NCBI GenBank assembly: GCA_965246715.1
Contig: CBDFFH010000002.1
Coordinates: forward strand, 1 to 64,000
DNA from: Chamaesiphon sp.
Lineage (GTDB): Bacteria; Cyanobacteriota; Cyanobacteriia; Cyanobacteriales; Chamaesiphonaceae
DNA: 64,000 nucleotides
Reading direction: 5' to 3'
Shown: piece after piece, positions 51,020 through 62,324 of the stretch
Numbering within the stretch: position 1 is the first letter of the stretch
Layout: each line of letters starts with the position of its first letter
Notes under the pieces: model-generated
What the model saw: only the letters and a program-made list of their open reading frames with translations
What the model was told of the DNA's origin: nothing
The model's database searches: none
Program-made: the position numbers and the translations under genes

Positions 51020-52078
51020 ATGACATCCGAACTGATTCGTCAACGAGCCGATCTGATTAACACTCAAGTAATTGCCAAAGATACCGGTAAACGCTTGGGA
51101 ATTGTCAAAGATCTATTAGTAGATATCGATAGTCGGGAAGTAGTCGCGCTCGGATTGCGTGATGGTTTTTTGGCGGCACCAGGCGGGCTAGTCAAGCACA
51201 TGTATCTCACCAGTGTCGAGAAGATGGGCGATGTCGTCCTCGTGCCCAATGATGACGCGATCGAAGATCTCGACCCCGAAAATTATACCAATCTAATCAA
51301 CTGTGAAGTCATTACCGAAACTGGCGACATGCTCGGTAAGGTACGGGGCTTCAAATTTAGCTGCGATGATGGCAAACTCACTTCCATTATTATCGCCGCA
51401 CTCGGACTGCCATTAATTCCCGATAACGTCATCAGTACGTATGAATTTTCGATCGATGAAGTTGTCAGCAGTGGCCCCAATCGGTTGATTGTTTTTGAAG
51501 GTTCCGAAGAACGACTCGAACAACTATCTGTTGGTTTCCTCGAACGGATCGGACTCGGCAAAGCGCCTTGGGAAGACGAATACAGCTATCGTCCACCAGT
51601 GATTCGCCCTGAAAATCAATTAGCTCCTGGGATACCTATCGCTCCGCCCCCACAAATAGTACGCCCCGCTCCACCAGTTCAACAACCCGTATGGCAAGAA
51701 GAAGACGATAACTGGCAGGAAGTTCGATCGGCACCATTGCCCCAAAAACTTCAGGCTGAAGCGCGTTATTATGACGACGATGATGATGGCGAAAATTGGA
51801 GCGAACCCAGCCACGAGAAACCTTTGCCAGCCAAGGTTTATCAAGATGTGCCCTATACCGTTACCCCAGCCGCAAAATCGATCCGTCAGGACAGCGTAGC
51901 TATCGATGAGGATGAGGATGAGGATGTGCTCACTTTAGATGACGATCCGTGGGGGAAAGATCGTCAATCGTTAGACTCTCAACGACCAAAATTAAATATC
52001 CCCCCAGCCAACCCGAAGATCGATCTCCCGCAAACTGTCAAGCAAGTTGAGTATCAGGAACAAGAGGAAGAAATCTAA
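51020..52078 (+). CDS. PRC-barrel domain protein with acidic disordered tail
   Basis: Two PRC-like repeats (VI...TG.RLG.V; VITETG..LGKV). Confidence 0.85.
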   Translation: MTSELIRQRADLINTQVIAKDTGKRLGIVKDLLVDIDSREVVALGLRDGFLAAPGGLVKHMYLTSVEKMGDVVLVPNDDAIEDLDPENYTNLINCEVITETGDMLGKVRGFKFSCDDGKLTSIIIAALGLPLIPDNVISTYEFSIDEVVSSGPNRLIVFEGSEERLEQLSVGFLERIGLGKAPWEDEYSYRPPVIRPENQLAPGIPIAPPPQIVRPAPPVQQPVWQEEDDNWQEVRSAPLPQKLQAEARYYDDDDDGENWSEPSHEKPLPAKVYQDVPYTVTPAAKSIRQDSVAIDEDEDEDVLTLDDDPWGKDRQSLDSQRPKLNIPPANPKIDLPQTVKQVEYQEQEEEI

Positions 52079-52113
52079 CTCACCAGCTAATTAAGACTAA
52101 AATCCAAAATCGG

Positions 52114-52674
52114 ATGACCCTAGCAGAAATTCAGTCGTTTTTAACCAACCGCTTCGGACGAACGGTGCAACAACTCGATGCCGATTCTTATCAGGTAGAT
52201 ACGCCAGATTATCGATTATTAGTAATTCTTTCGGCAGCGCAGTCTTGGGTGAGAATGTTAGTGCCGATCGCACCTGCAGCCGAGGCGATGACCTTTGTTG
52301 AGGAGTTTTTATCGGCTAACTTTGATGTGACCTTAGAGACGCGTTATGCCCTGCATCAGGGCGTATTGTGGGGCGTATGGCAACATAGCGTTGCGGGATT
52401 GACGATCGAGGATTTTAGTACGGCGATCGAACATATTCTCGAACTCAAACAAGTCGGGATCGATCGAGCGTTTCGGGATTTCACAACCAAACAAGTCCGA
52501 GAAATCGTAAAAATTGCCAAGCAACGTGGCGATACACTCGCCCAAACAATGCAAACGCTCGATCGCTTTTATGCTGAGGGAATTATGGGCGATATCGGTG
52601 CGACTGAAGATACCCGCAAGGAGATGATGACGGCGTGGCAGTATCAATTAGAACGCTTGTGGAATGAATCGTAA
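52114..52674 (+). CDS. Hypothetical protein (YbjN/chaperone-like)
   Basis: L.ANFD.T.E.RYAL.QGVLWG. Confidence 0.65.
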   Translation: MTLAEIQSFLTNRFGRTVQQLDADSYQVDTPDYRLLVILSAAQSWVRMLVPIAPAAEAMTFVEEFLSANFDVTLETRYALHQGVLWGVWQHSVAGLTIEDFSTAIEHILELKQVGIDRAFRDFTTKQVREIVKIAKQRGDTLAQTMQTLDRFYAEGIMGDIGATEDTRKEMMTAWQYQLERLWNES

Positions 52675-52896
52675 TTGAGGGAGTTGACTGTGCTGAATTG
52701 GGATAGCCTCACATCTTGGCTCGGTACAGAAACATTAGTAAAATCATAGATTTGTAGGGGTGCCCCTTGTGGGTACCCTAGATCTAGGCGATCGACTAAT
52801 TGAATCGTTCGAGCCAGATCTAATGATGGCGATCGATCCGGTCTTGCGATCGCCTGATTAGCTTGCTAAAATATAATAAGTTACAATAGCAGTTAT

Positions 52897-53097
52897 ATGG
52901 CACGGCAACTCAAACGCTGGGAATCCCCCCGCAAAGAAGGGAGAAACGATAAAGGTAAAGGCGGTTCGGCACGTCAGCGACAAATCAAAAAACGCAATCA
53001 GATGCTCCGCAACAAGCTTAAAGAAGGCGGCAACGATAACACTAGCAAAAATAACAATCCAAAAAAGGGAGAGAACATGATTCTCTCCCTTTTTTAA
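52897..53097 (+). CDS. Small basic hypothetical protein
   Basis: 66-aa K/R-rich ORF with TATAAT upstream. Confidence 0.55.
   Translation: MARQLKRWESPRKEGRNDKGKGGSARQRQIKKRNQMLRNKLKEGGNDNTSKNNNPKKGENMILSLF
53061..53095. terminator. Bidirectional intrinsic terminator
   Basis: AAAAAAGGGAGAGAA-catga-TTCTCTCCCTTTTTT between convergent genes. Confidence 0.85.
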
Positions 53098-53130
53098 TGT
53101 CGATCGCCAGATCGATCTCGTCGGTAAATT

Positions 53131-53655
53131 CTAACTTTCGTGAGACGAGCGCAATAAATAACCGCTAGCAGAGATTAAGAGAATCGCGATCGCTAAATAT
53201 AGCATCTCCGTCACTGAGTTGACATGCAGCTCCATCACGCGCTTAAAAAAACTGACGATTAGTACCACAATTACCACTTTCAAAATTTTATCCTTGAGTT
53301 GGTCGAGCGATTTAACTTCTAATATTTGCAACTCGTCACTCTCTCTGGCAATATCGATCTTAGAGATAAACAATTCATACACGCCAAAGCTAAAAATCAG
53401 TAAAACGATCCCGATTAGGTACAGATCGATCCCGCCGATTACGCCACTCATGATTTTAGCTACAGTATTCTCCGAAATTTCCTTGCCCACGATGAGGTTG
53501 ACGTATTCACCCAATACCAGGATGATTTCTAAGCTACCCAAGATAAATAAGACTACCACACTAATGATGCCGAACACGACGGGTACAATCGCTAAAAAAC
53601 GCACCGTCCATAAAGACTTTTCGACAATTTGTTCTAACTTTTCTTTCGGATTCAT
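53131..53655 (-). CDS. YqhA/UPF0114 family membrane protein
   Basis: ID.YL.G.VLLIF..G.YELFISKID, SLDQLK.K. Confidence 0.88.
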   Translation of the reverse strand: MNPKEKLEQIVEKSLWTVRFLAIVPVVFGIISVVVLFILGSLEIILVLGEYVNLIVGKEISENTVAKIMSGVIGGIDLYLIGIVLLIFSFGVYELFISKIDIARESDELQILEVKSLDQLKDKILKVVIVVLIVSFFKRVMELHVNSVTEMLYLAIAILLISASGYLLRSSHES

Positions 53656-53768
53656 TTTAAGTTGTGTGGATCGATCGGTCTATGTTCTATTATTGGCACA
53701 CAGATCGATGCGTCGAAATCACCCGATCGATGTTAGTTCGAGCTGGTGATGTCAATTTACGAAGGTCT

Positions 53769-55421
53769 TTATTTAGTCAATTCCACCGTTACGGTTGCGG
53801 ACATCCCTGGGGCAATGCGCGACTCATAACCTTTCAAGCTTTGGGGATCGAAGACGACCTTCACAGGGATGCGCTGAACGATTTTGGTAAAGTTACCAGT
53901 AGCATTATCGGGAGGTAGCAACGAAAATCTCGCGCCAGATGCAGGTGCAACACTTTGCAGGCGACCAACAAATGGATGGTTGGCCAAAGAATCGATTTTA
54001 ACTTCAACTGTTTGCCCTGGCTGCATTCTACTAAGTTGTGTTTCCTTGAAATTGGCAACTACCCACGGATTGTTATCGACAATCGCCATTAAGGGCGTGC
54101 CGGATTGGGTTTGCTGGCCGACTTCGACTCGTTTGTTACCAATTCTGCCGTTATTTGGTGCGACGATATTGGTGTAGGACAGTTGGAGTTGGGCATCCTT
54201 AAGCGTAGCTTCGGCTTGAGCGACATTGGCAAGTGCGGCTTGATATTGACTCTTGTTGACATCCGTTTGAGAGTTCGCAGCACGAGCTTGCTCGACGCTG
54301 CCTTGGGAAGTGGTCAGTTGGGCTTTGGCGCGATTGACTCCCTCTTGGGCTTGGGCAACTCGGGAACGAGCTTGTAATACCCCCGATTGCGCCTGGGCGA
54401 ATTGAGATCTTGCTCTAGCTACGCCTTCTTGCGCTTGGGCGAGTTTGGCTCTAGCACTGACGATCGATTCTTTTGCTTGGGAGACACGGGATCTAGCTTG
54501 CTGAACTGCTTGAACGGCAGCGCTGCGTTGGGCGAGGGTAGCTTGATAAGTAGCTCTGGCGGTATCTAACTGCTGTTGTGGTGCGGCTCCGGCTTGTTGC
54601 AAGTTTTGGTAACGTTGGAAATCCGCTTTTGCTTTGATTAAATTCGCATCGATTTGGGCGACTTGCGCTTGAGCGGCAGGAACGCCCGCCTCGGCTTCGG
54701 CCAGGGATGCTTGGGCAGCGGGAATAGCAGACTGCGAATCATTTACTGCGGCGATCGCGGCACCAATTGCCGACTGGGCCTGAACTACAGCGGATTGGGC
54801 GATCGGTACTCCCGATTGGGCTTCGGCCAGAGCGGCTTGGGCACTGGAGATTCCTGCCGTAGAATTAGATACTCCGCCTTGAGCCTGAGTGCTACTAGCA
54901 GCGGCATTTTGAGCGGCAACTTGAATATTTGATTTTGTAGTAGCAGCTTGGCGTTTAGCAGTCTCTAGTGCGGCTTTTGCTTGAATTACTCTAGATTGGT
55001 AGTCGCGCGGATCGAGCTTGATGAGAGTTTGTCCGGCAGTTACCTGTTGATTGTCTGCGACTAAAACTTGGGCGACATTACCATTCACGCGCGCACTGAT
55101 GGGATAGATATCTCCGGTCACCGTAGCATTATCGGTCTCTTCGTGAGTCTGGGCAAATTGCCACCACCGCAACCCAAAGATGCCAGCTACAGTCGCAACT
55201 CCTAGGCCGATCGCGAGCAACAAGATCTGCTTTTTGCTGGGATGAAAGCCATGCTTGCGCTTGGGTGGAACTGCTGGATCTGCGACACTCGACCCAGCCT
55301 CAACAGGGACTAGTTCCGAACCTTTTACAGCCAGATCTGATTCCCGATCCAATTGTTTGTGACCATTGGATGTCGCGGTAGGGGGGTGTGCTGGAAGTGG
55401 CTGGGAATCGGTCAGTTTCAT
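53769..55421 (-). CDS. EmrA/HlyD family efflux adaptor with extended coiled coil
   Basis: ETDNA, ANFKETQL, FSLLPPDNATGNFTKIVQRIPV. Confidence 0.92.
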   Translation of the reverse strand: MKLTDSQPLPAHPPTATSNGHKQLDRESDLAVKGSELVPVEAGSSVADPAVPPKRKHGFHPSKKQILLLAIGLGVATVAGIFGLRWWQFAQTHEETDNATVTGDIYPISARVNGNVAQVLVADNQQVTAGQTLIKLDPRDYQSRVIQAKAALETAKRQAATTKSNIQVAAQNAAASSTQAQGGVSNSTAGISSAQAALAEAQSGVPIAQSAVVQAQSAIGAAIAAVNDSQSAIPAAQASLAEAEAGVPAAQAQVAQIDANLIKAKADFQRYQNLQQAGAAPQQQLDTARATYQATLAQRSAAVQAVQQARSRVSQAKESIVSARAKLAQAQEGVARARSQFAQAQSGVLQARSRVAQAQEGVNRAKAQLTTSQGSVEQARAANSQTDVNKSQYQAALANVAQAEATLKDAQLQLSYTNIVAPNNGRIGNKRVEVGQQTQSGTPLMAIVDNNPWVVANFKETQLSRMQPGQTVEVKIDSLANHPFVGRLQSVAPASGARFSLLPPDNATGNFTKIVQRIPVKVVFDPQSLKGYESRIAPGMSATVTVELTK

Positions 55422-55600
55422 TTAAACCTCTTGTATCGATAGATTTATGGTCTGGACAAGATCGGGGATAAATGTGGCAACTTCGCTGCTGCGTCCGACT
55501 AACTGTAACAATTAGGGCTGGATCTCGCGCTCTACCGGATGGGGTAATTGTCGATTCCATGCTAATTTGGCTAGTTTGCGGGTACCTCGACCTAAATAAT

Positions 55601-55618
55601 TAACTATCTGGTTAGTTG
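55601..55618. promoter_or_regulatory. TetR/AcrR-like operator palindrome between divergent efflux genes
   Basis: TAACTATC-TG-GTTAGTTG. Confidence 0.4.
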
Positions 55619-55876
55619 TTCTATTATATCATTTTGCTTAACATAGAGGTAAGCGAGCGCAATAAATTACTTGAGTAGTAAATTCAAGATTGCTCCACAT
55701 GTATCAATATCTCACTGGCCAAGGCTTTGCCAAGAAGATTGACAGATCTTCATCACCAGGATCGGACTTGTCGAAGTTAGGATCGAAGCATTGATGGCGA
55801 TCTCGGATAGCCAAAGCCGTCACAAGCTGTAGATCCATGCTCCCGAAGCGTTTTTGAATTAACTGAGGTAAATCAC

Positions 55877-57448
55877 TTGACCACGATCGCCGCACAGCAA
55901 CCACCACAACAAGTACCACTCAAAACCTGGATCGGCCTGCTTGGAGTAATGATCGGCGCATTTATGGCGATCTTGGATATTCAGATAACCAACTCGGCGC
56001 TCAAAGATATTCAGGGCGCACTATCTGCTTCGATCGAAGAAGGTTCGTGGATTGCCACATCCTATCTAGTCGCCGAAATTGTCGTGATTCCGCTGACTGG
56101 GTGGTTGAGTCGAGTATTCTCGATTCGCACCTACATCCTGGTAAACGCCGCACTATTTTTAGTCTTTTCGATCTGTTGCGCTTTGGCGTGGGATTTGAAT
56201 TCGATGATCGTGTTTCGGGGCTTACAGGGCTTCACCGGCGGCGTATTGATTCCGATGGCATTTACGATCGTCTTGACGACCTTACCGCCAGCCAAACAAC
56301 CGATCGGTAACGCTCTATTTGGTGTGACGGCTGTATTTGCGCCGTCAGTCGGCCCCACGATCGGTGGCTGGTTGACTGAAAATTTTGGCTGGCAATATAT
56401 CTTTTATCTCAATATCATTCCTGGGTTAGCCTTAATTGCGGCAGTCTGGTATGCGATTCCGGCTGGGGCGATGCAGTTAAATTTACTCAAAGGTGGCGAC
56501 TGGTTTGGGATTGGCGCGATGGCGATCGGGTTGGCTTCGCTGGAAGTAGTTTTAGAAGAGGGCAATCGCAAAGACTGGTTTAGCTCGGAACTAATCAGCC
56601 GACTGGCAATTACTGCGGTAATTTTCCTGACGATATTTTTTACGATCGAATTTACTAGCAAACGTCCGTTTATCAATCTGCGGTTGTTAAAGCGGCGGAA
56701 CTTTGGGCTGTGTACGATTATTAATGTCGCGCTGGGATTGGGTTTGTATGGTTCGATCTATATTTTGCCGCTGTATCTGTCCCAGATTCAGGGCTACAAC
56801 GCGCTCCAGATCGGTGAAGTGATTGCCTGGTCGGGGATTCCTCAGTTGTTTTTGATTCCGTTGATTCCCAAATTGATGCAACGGTTTGATGTACGGATTT
56901 TGTTAGCAACGGGGGTGAGTTTATTTGCAATTAGTTGTTTTATGAATTCAGATCTGACGGCGGATGTCGGGATGGATCAATTACGATTTCCACAGATCGT
57001 CCGCGCGTTCGGACAACCGCTGGTGTTAATCCCGTTGACAGCTACAGCTACGGCAAATATGGAAAGATCGGAAGCTGGTTCGGCATCGGCGCTGTTTAAT
57101 ATGATGCGAAATCTCGGCGGATCGATCGGGATTGCCACGCTCGGAACGATCTTGGATCTACGGGAGAAATTTCATTCGAGTATTATCGGCGAATCTGTCT
57201 CGCTCTACAATCCCGCCACCCAAGAGCGACTGAATCAATTGCAGCAAAATTTTATCAGTCGCGGGATCGACCCCAGTACGGCTTATCAACAGGCGATCGC
57301 CGCGATCGATGCCACAGTTCGCAAACAGGCGTTCGTGCTTGCCTACGGCGATTGTTTCTACTTTGTCGGCTGTTCTTTGCTAGTGGCTGGGATTGCAGTA
57401 ATATTCATCAAGAAGGTGAAGGTGAGCGGTGCGGGTGGCGGACATTAG
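55877..57448 (+). CDS. EmrB/QacA (DHA2) MFS efflux transporter
   Basis: GAFMAILD.QI, W..TSYL, GPTIGGWLT, LEEG...DWF.S, NMMRNLGGSIG. Confidence 0.92.
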   Translation: MTTIAAQQPPQQVPLKTWIGLLGVMIGAFMAILDIQITNSALKDIQGALSASIEEGSWIATSYLVAEIVVIPLTGWLSRVFSIRTYILVNAALFLVFSICCALAWDLNSMIVFRGLQGFTGGVLIPMAFTIVLTTLPPAKQPIGNALFGVTAVFAPSVGPTIGGWLTENFGWQYIFYLNIIPGLALIAAVWYAIPAGAMQLNLLKGGDWFGIGAMAIGLASLEVVLEEGNRKDWFSSELISRLAITAVIFLTIFFTIEFTSKRPFINLRLLKRRNFGLCTIINVALGLGLYGSIYILPLYLSQIQGYNALQIGEVIAWSGIPQLFLIPLIPKLMQRFDVRILLATGVSLFAISCFMNSDLTADVGMDQLRFPQIVRAFGQPLVLIPLTATATANMERSEAGSASALFNMMRNLGGSIGIATLGTILDLREKFHSSIIGESVSLYNPATQERLNQLQQNFISRGIDPSTAYQQAIAAIDATVRKQAFVLAYGDCFYFVGCSLLVAGIAVIFIKKVKVSGAGGGH

Positions 57449-57675
57449 ATAACGTGAGTTTCTCCTACCGGAGAGGCTACGCCAACGGCTTAAGGATATT
57501 GGCTCCGCTCTGGCTCCGCCCTCGATTGAAATCGGGGCTAACGTTACAAAGTCCGCCTTCGCGGACTGAATATCTTAGTCCGCGAAGGCAGGCTTTTGCC
57601 GCTCGCGGCAACAACCGGACTTCGCATCATGAGCCGAGACTTTAGTCTCCAGGCTCCTCTTATCCCGAACTCAGG

Positions 57676-59613
57676 TTAAATATCTAAATCCATCATATTT
57701 AGTTTAGAACCATATGTTTCAATAAATTCCCGACGTGGCGCGACTCGATCGCCCATTAAGATTGTAAAAATCCGATCGGCTTCAGCAGCATCTTGAATTT
57801 CAACACGTTTGAGCGTGCGAGTTTGTCGATCCATTGTAGTCTCCCACAACTGCTGGGGCATCATTTCGCCCAATCCTTTAAACCGCTGAATATTGTAGTT
57901 GGCATTAGCCGGAAACTCAGCAATCTTTTGTTGCAACTCGCGTTCGCTATAGCAGTAATAGTGATTGCGCCCGCGTTCTAATTTATAGAGCGGTGGGCAA
58001 GCAATATAGATATAACCTTCTTCAATTAAGGCGCGTTGGTAGCGATAGAAGAAAGTCAGCAATAGCGTCCGAATGTGGGCACCATCTACGTCGGCATCTG
58101 TCATCAAACAGATCCGGTGATAGCGAAGCTGTTCGGATTTGAAATCTTCACCGCGAACTCCGAGTCCTAATGCGGTAATTAGCGCCTGGATTTCGGTGTT
58201 TTTGTAAATCTTTGAATCTTCAGTTTTTTCGATGTTCAAGATCTTACCCCGGAGCGGTAGGATCGCTTGAAACCTTCGATCCCGTCCTTGTTTTGCCGAA
58301 CCTCCTGCTGAGTCACCTTCGACGATAAAGATTTCAGATTCGCTCGGATCTTTCGAGCTACAATCTGCCAATTTACCAGGCAAAGTTGAGGATTCTAATA
58401 CCGACTTCCGGCGGACTAATTCCCGCGCTCTTCGGGCTGCTTCGGCGGCATTGAATGCTTGAATTGCTTTCTCTAAAATTGCGTCAGCAATATTGGGGCG
58501 AAATTCGAGATATTCAGTCAAGGCTTCAGAGACGATCGAGTCTACAATGCCCCGAACTTCAGTGTTACCTAACTTAGTCTTGGTTTGTCCTTCAAATTCA
58601 GGATTTGGTACCTTCACCGAAACAATTGCTGTTAAACCTTCGCGGATGTTTTCACCACCTAAGTTGGAGTCACCTTCTTTAAGTTTATTCCGTTTGCGGG
58701 CAACGGCATTCATCGTCCGCGTCAAGACGACTTTCAAGCCTTCTAAATGCGTCCCACCATCGATCGTCCGAATGTTATTCGCAAAACCTAAAACGTTATC
58801 GCTATAAGCATCAATACACCATTGCAGAGCGACTTCGACTTGAACTTTATTCTTCTCGCTTTGGATATAGATTACTTCTTCATGTAGCGGTTGCTTATCA
58901 GCATTGATATAGGAAACATATTCCTTAATCCCACCTTCATAGTAGTAATTTTCGACTTTGGGTGTATCGGTACCCAATAATTCCAACCGATAATCGGTAA
59001 AGCTGATCCGAATCCCTGCATTGAGGTATGCTAATTCTTTGAAGCGACTGGCTAAGGTATCGAAATCAAACTCGATACTCTCTTTGAAAATCTCTGTATC
59101 TGGTAAAAATGTGACCGTCGTACCCGTCCGATCTTCTGGACTGGGAACGACTTCCAATCCCGACACCGCGATCCCTTTTTCAAAGCGTTGGGTATGGATT
59201 TTCTGGTTTCGCCAAACTTTGACTTCTACTTGTGCAGAAAGCGCGTTTACTACCGAGATCCCGACTCCATGCAATCCACCTGAGACGGTATAACCACCAT
59301 CGCCAAATTTACCACCAGCGTGAAGCACGGTTAAAACTGTTTCGATCGTTGATTTACCAGTTTGGGGGTTGATACCTGCGGGAATCCCCCGTCCATCATC
59401 GACTACTGTTACCGAGCCATTGGCGTTAATTGAAATATCGATGTTTTTGCAATGACCAGCCAGTGCTTCATCGATCGAGTTGTCCGCAACCTCGTATACT
59501 AGGTGATGGAGTCCTTTCGGCCCTGTCGAACCGATATACATCCCCGGTCGAACTCGGACGGCTTCTAGTCCTTCGAGTACGCGAATGTTACCGTCATCAT
59601 AATCAGTGGTCAT
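57676..59613 (-). CDS. gyrB: DNA gyrase subunit B
   Basis: [60 protein letters not shown]. Confidence 0.98.
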   Translation of the reverse strand: MTTDYDDGNIRVLEGLEAVRVRPGMYIGSTGPKGLHHLVYEVADNSIDEALAGHCKNIDISINANGSVTVVDDGRGIPAGINPQTGKSTIETVLTVLHAGGKFGDGGYTVSGGLHGVGISVVNALSAQVEVKVWRNQKIHTQRFEKGIAVSGLEVVPSPEDRTGTTVTFLPDTEIFKESIEFDFDTLASRFKELAYLNAGIRISFTDYRLELLGTDTPKVENYYYEGGIKEYVSYINADKQPLHEEVIYIQSEKNKVQVEVALQWCIDAYSDNVLGFANNIRTIDGGTHLEGLKVVLTRTMNAVARKRNKLKEGDSNLGGENIREGLTAIVSVKVPNPEFEGQTKTKLGNTEVRGIVDSIVSEALTEYLEFRPNIADAILEKAIQAFNAAEAARRARELVRRKSVLESSTLPGKLADCSSKDPSESEIFIVEGDSAGGSAKQGRDRRFQAILPLRGKILNIEKTEDSKIYKNTEIQALITALGLGVRGEDFKSEQLRYHRICLMTDADVDGAHIRTLLLTFFYRYQRALIEEGYIYIACPPLYKLERGRNHYYCYSERELQQKIAEFPANANYNIQRFKGLGEMMPQQLWETTMDRQTRTLKRVEIQDAAEADRIFTILMGDRVAPRREFIETYGSKLNMMDLDI

Positions 59614-59850
59614 AAACGATGCTCCAATAATTGGTTCCAAGCCGCCTTTGGCTGCATTGATGATAAAATCACTCCAAAATTATAACACAAATAGGTTATA
59701 GGCGACGCTAGATAGTTCTGTGAATATTTTCTAGATTGGGATGGCTCCTAAATATTTATTAGTTTTCAGCACTATCCCTCGCAGGGTACCCACAAGGGGC
59801 ACCCCTACAATAAATCTCAAAATTCCCTCTTTTCTTATTCCCCTCCTCGG

Positions 59851-59900
59851 AGCGGTGCGCCACCGACGGGTTTCCCGTCGCTCACGGCGCAACAAGACAG
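59851..59900 (+). mobile_element. 50-bp structured element inserted into a CCCCTCC..GAGGGG.TAGGGGTGGGTTC repeat
   Basis: An empty version of the host repeat is present at 30808-30837. Confidence 0.65.
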
Positions 59901-59903
59901 GGG

Positions 59904-61148
59904 TTAGGGGTGGGTTCCGGATTTGAGGCGGGTTTGTTTCGATTTCTCACGGGCTAATTCTCGCTCCTTTCTATATAGTTCGGCGGCATTGGATGCCTGA
60001 ATTGCTCGATCGATAATTGCATCAGCAACATCAGGATGAGATGCTAAATATACTGTCACGGCTTCGGACACGATCGAATCTACAATCCCGCGCACTTCAC
60101 TATTCGCTAATTTAGCTTTAATCGGGCCTGCCCACTCTGGATTTGGCAGTAACACCGACACAATTGCGGTTAAGCCGTTACGCGTATATGCGTCATTGAG
60201 ACTAGCATCTTTCGATTGGATTCTATTTTGTTGACTAGTAATTTGATTTAAAGTGCGATTTACAGCCATTTTTAACCCCTCGCAATGCTGCCCCCCTTCC
60301 ATCGTTTGAACTGTATTGGCAAAGCCAAGAATGTTATCAACATCGGTATCTAGACACCACTGAAGTGCTACTTCTACCCGAACCCGATCTTTTTCCGTCC
60401 TTGCATAAATAACATCCTCATGTAACGGCTGTTTTTCACGATTGAGGTAGGCGAGATAATCCCGCAATCCGCTTTCATAATAGTAGCTTTCTAGCTTGGG
60501 TTCGTTTATTTCTAATGATTGGAGCCGATAATCTGCAAAACTAATCCTAATCCCTGCATTGACACCAGCTAATTCTCTAAATCGATGCGCTAGGAGATCG
60601 AAATCAAACTCGATCGTTTTCTGAAAAATCTCTGGATCTGGTAGAAAGGATATTGTCGTCCCTGTGCAATCGTTTTCACTGGGTGAGATTTCCAATTCTG
60701 ATACTGCAAACCCTTTCTCGAAGCGTTGAGTATGGAGTTTACCATCGCGCCAAACCTTAACTTCGAGTTGAGATGATAGGGCGCTAACTACCGCAATCCC
60801 GACTCCATGCAAATTGCCGCCAATTCTATAATCACAATCTCTAGATTTGCTGACATAAAGATGCGTAAAAATTTCTTCGATCGAGAATTTACCAATTTGG
60901 TTATTTTGCTCGCTTTCAATCCCGCGCCCGTCATCGGTTACAGTAATCGAACCATTAGCATTAATCGAGATATCGATATTTTGGCAGTGTCCCGCTAGTG
61001 CTTCCTCGATCGAGTTATCGACAACCTCATATACTAAATGATGCAGACCTTTCGATCCGGTCGAACCGATATACATCCCTGGTCGGACACGGACGGCTTC
61101 TAGTCCTTCGAGTACCCGAATGTTACAGTCATCATAATCATCGGTCAT
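59904..61148 (-). CDS. Diverged GyrB paralog: ATPase and transducer domains only, no TOPRIM
   Basis: Collinear with gyrB up to ..RARE; altered ATP lid and QTK loop; stop codon lies inside a repeat. Confidence 0.85.
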   Translation of the reverse strand: MTDDYDDCNIRVLEGLEAVRVRPGMYIGSTGSKGLHHLVYEVVDNSIEEALAGHCQNIDISINANGSITVTDDGRGIESEQNNQIGKFSIEEIFTHLYVSKSRDCDYRIGGNLHGVGIAVVSALSSQLEVKVWRDGKLHTQRFEKGFAVSELEISPSENDCTGTTISFLPDPEIFQKTIEFDFDLLAHRFRELAGVNAGIRISFADYRLQSLEINEPKLESYYYESGLRDYLAYLNREKQPLHEDVIYARTEKDRVRVEVALQWCLDTDVDNILGFANTVQTMEGGQHCEGLKMAVNRTLNQITSQQNRIQSKDASLNDAYTRNGLTAIVSVLLPNPEWAGPIKAKLANSEVRGIVDSIVSEAVTVYLASHPDVADAIIDRAIQASNAAELYRKERELAREKSKQTRLKSGTHP

Positions 61149-61310
61149 AAGCAACGCTCCGTTAATGGGCTGCAAGCCACCTTTGAAACACAAAAGATCG
61201 AATCGCCCCAAAGTTATAACATAAGCATTCTAAAGAGGGCAATAGACACTTCCGTGAATGTTTTAAACAAGATACCTTAACCTAATAAACTTTATTGCAG
61301 AACGCTCTCA

Positions 61311-61338
61311 ACTGTTCACTGTTCACTATTCACTGTCC
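61311..61338 (+). repeat. STRR heptamer (ACTGTTC)-like x4
   Basis: ACTGTTC ACTGTTC ACTATTC ACTGTCC just before the miaA ATG. Confidence 0.7.
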
Positions 61339-61342
61339 CCCT

Positions 61343-62251
61343 ATGCTCATAGTTATCTGCGGTGCGACGGCGACGGGGAAATCAGGACTAGCGATCGAGA
61401 TAGCCCAACGGCTTAATTCCAGGATCGTCAGTGCCGATTCGCGGCAAATATATCGGGAGTTTGATATTGCTACTGCGAAAGTATCTGCTGCCGAACTGGC
61501 CTTGGTGCCGCATTACCTTGTTAGTACATGCGATCCTAATTATACGCTAACGGTTGCGGAATATCAATTACAGGCACAGCAACTCATCGAGACGTTTCAT
61601 CAGCAACAGACCATTCCGCTCTTAGTTGGGGGAACGGGACTATATATTAAGTCAGTGGTGAAAGGGATGAAGATCCCGCGCGTCGCACCACAGCAAGAGT
61701 TGCGATCGCAATTAACTAGATTGGGGCAGGTGCAGTGTTATCAGATCCTTCAGCAAGTCGATCCACAAGCAATGCAAAAGATCCATGCCAACGATCCGAT
61801 TCGGACGATTCGCGCCCTAGAAGTTTATTATGTGACGGGTCGATCGATCTCCAGTCAGCAGGGTGAAGCTCCGCCGAGTTATCCAGTGTTGCAAATCGGT
61901 TTGGATTGTACGGATTTAGATGTGCTGACGCAACGGATTCAGCGGCGGACAAAGCAGATGATTGAGTTGGGTTGGGAGGCAGAAGTTGCATATTTAGGCG
62001 CAAAATATGGCTGGGATTTACCATTACTAAATACGCTGGGATATGCCGAGATGCGGCAGCATTTGCAGGGCGAAATTAGTTTAGCAGAAGCGATCGATCT
62101 TACCATTGTACATACACGTCAATTTGCCAAACGCCAGCGGACTTGGTTTCGCGCGATTCCCGAAATCGAGTGGTTCGATAGCGACGATAAGATGTTGCTC
62201 GATCGGGTGTGGGCGAGGATCGATCGATTTTACCGCGATTACAATCGCTGA
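61343..62251 (+). CDS. miaA: tRNA dimethylallyltransferase
   Basis: GATATGKS, SADSRQIY, VGGTGLY, RALEV, TRQFAKRQRTWF. Confidence 0.96.
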   Translation: MLIVICGATATGKSGLAIEIAQRLNSRIVSADSRQIYREFDIATAKVSAAELALVPHYLVSTCDPNYTLTVAEYQLQAQQLIETFHQQQTIPLLVGGTGLYIKSVVKGMKIPRVAPQQELRSQLTRLGQVQCYQILQQVDPQAMQKIHANDPIRTIRALEVYYVTGRSISSQQGEAPPSYPVLQIGLDCTDLDVLTQRIQRRTKQMIELGWEAEVAYLGAKYGWDLPLLNTLGYAEMRQHLQGEISLAEAIDLTIVHTRQFAKRQRTWFRAIPEIEWFDSDDKMLLDRVWARIDRFYRDYNR

Positions 62252-62324
62252 GCTACTCGGATTCGGCAGGTCTTTTGTAGCTCGATCGGGGAATGCTATA
62301 GATACAGCGTCCCGCCTTTTCGCC

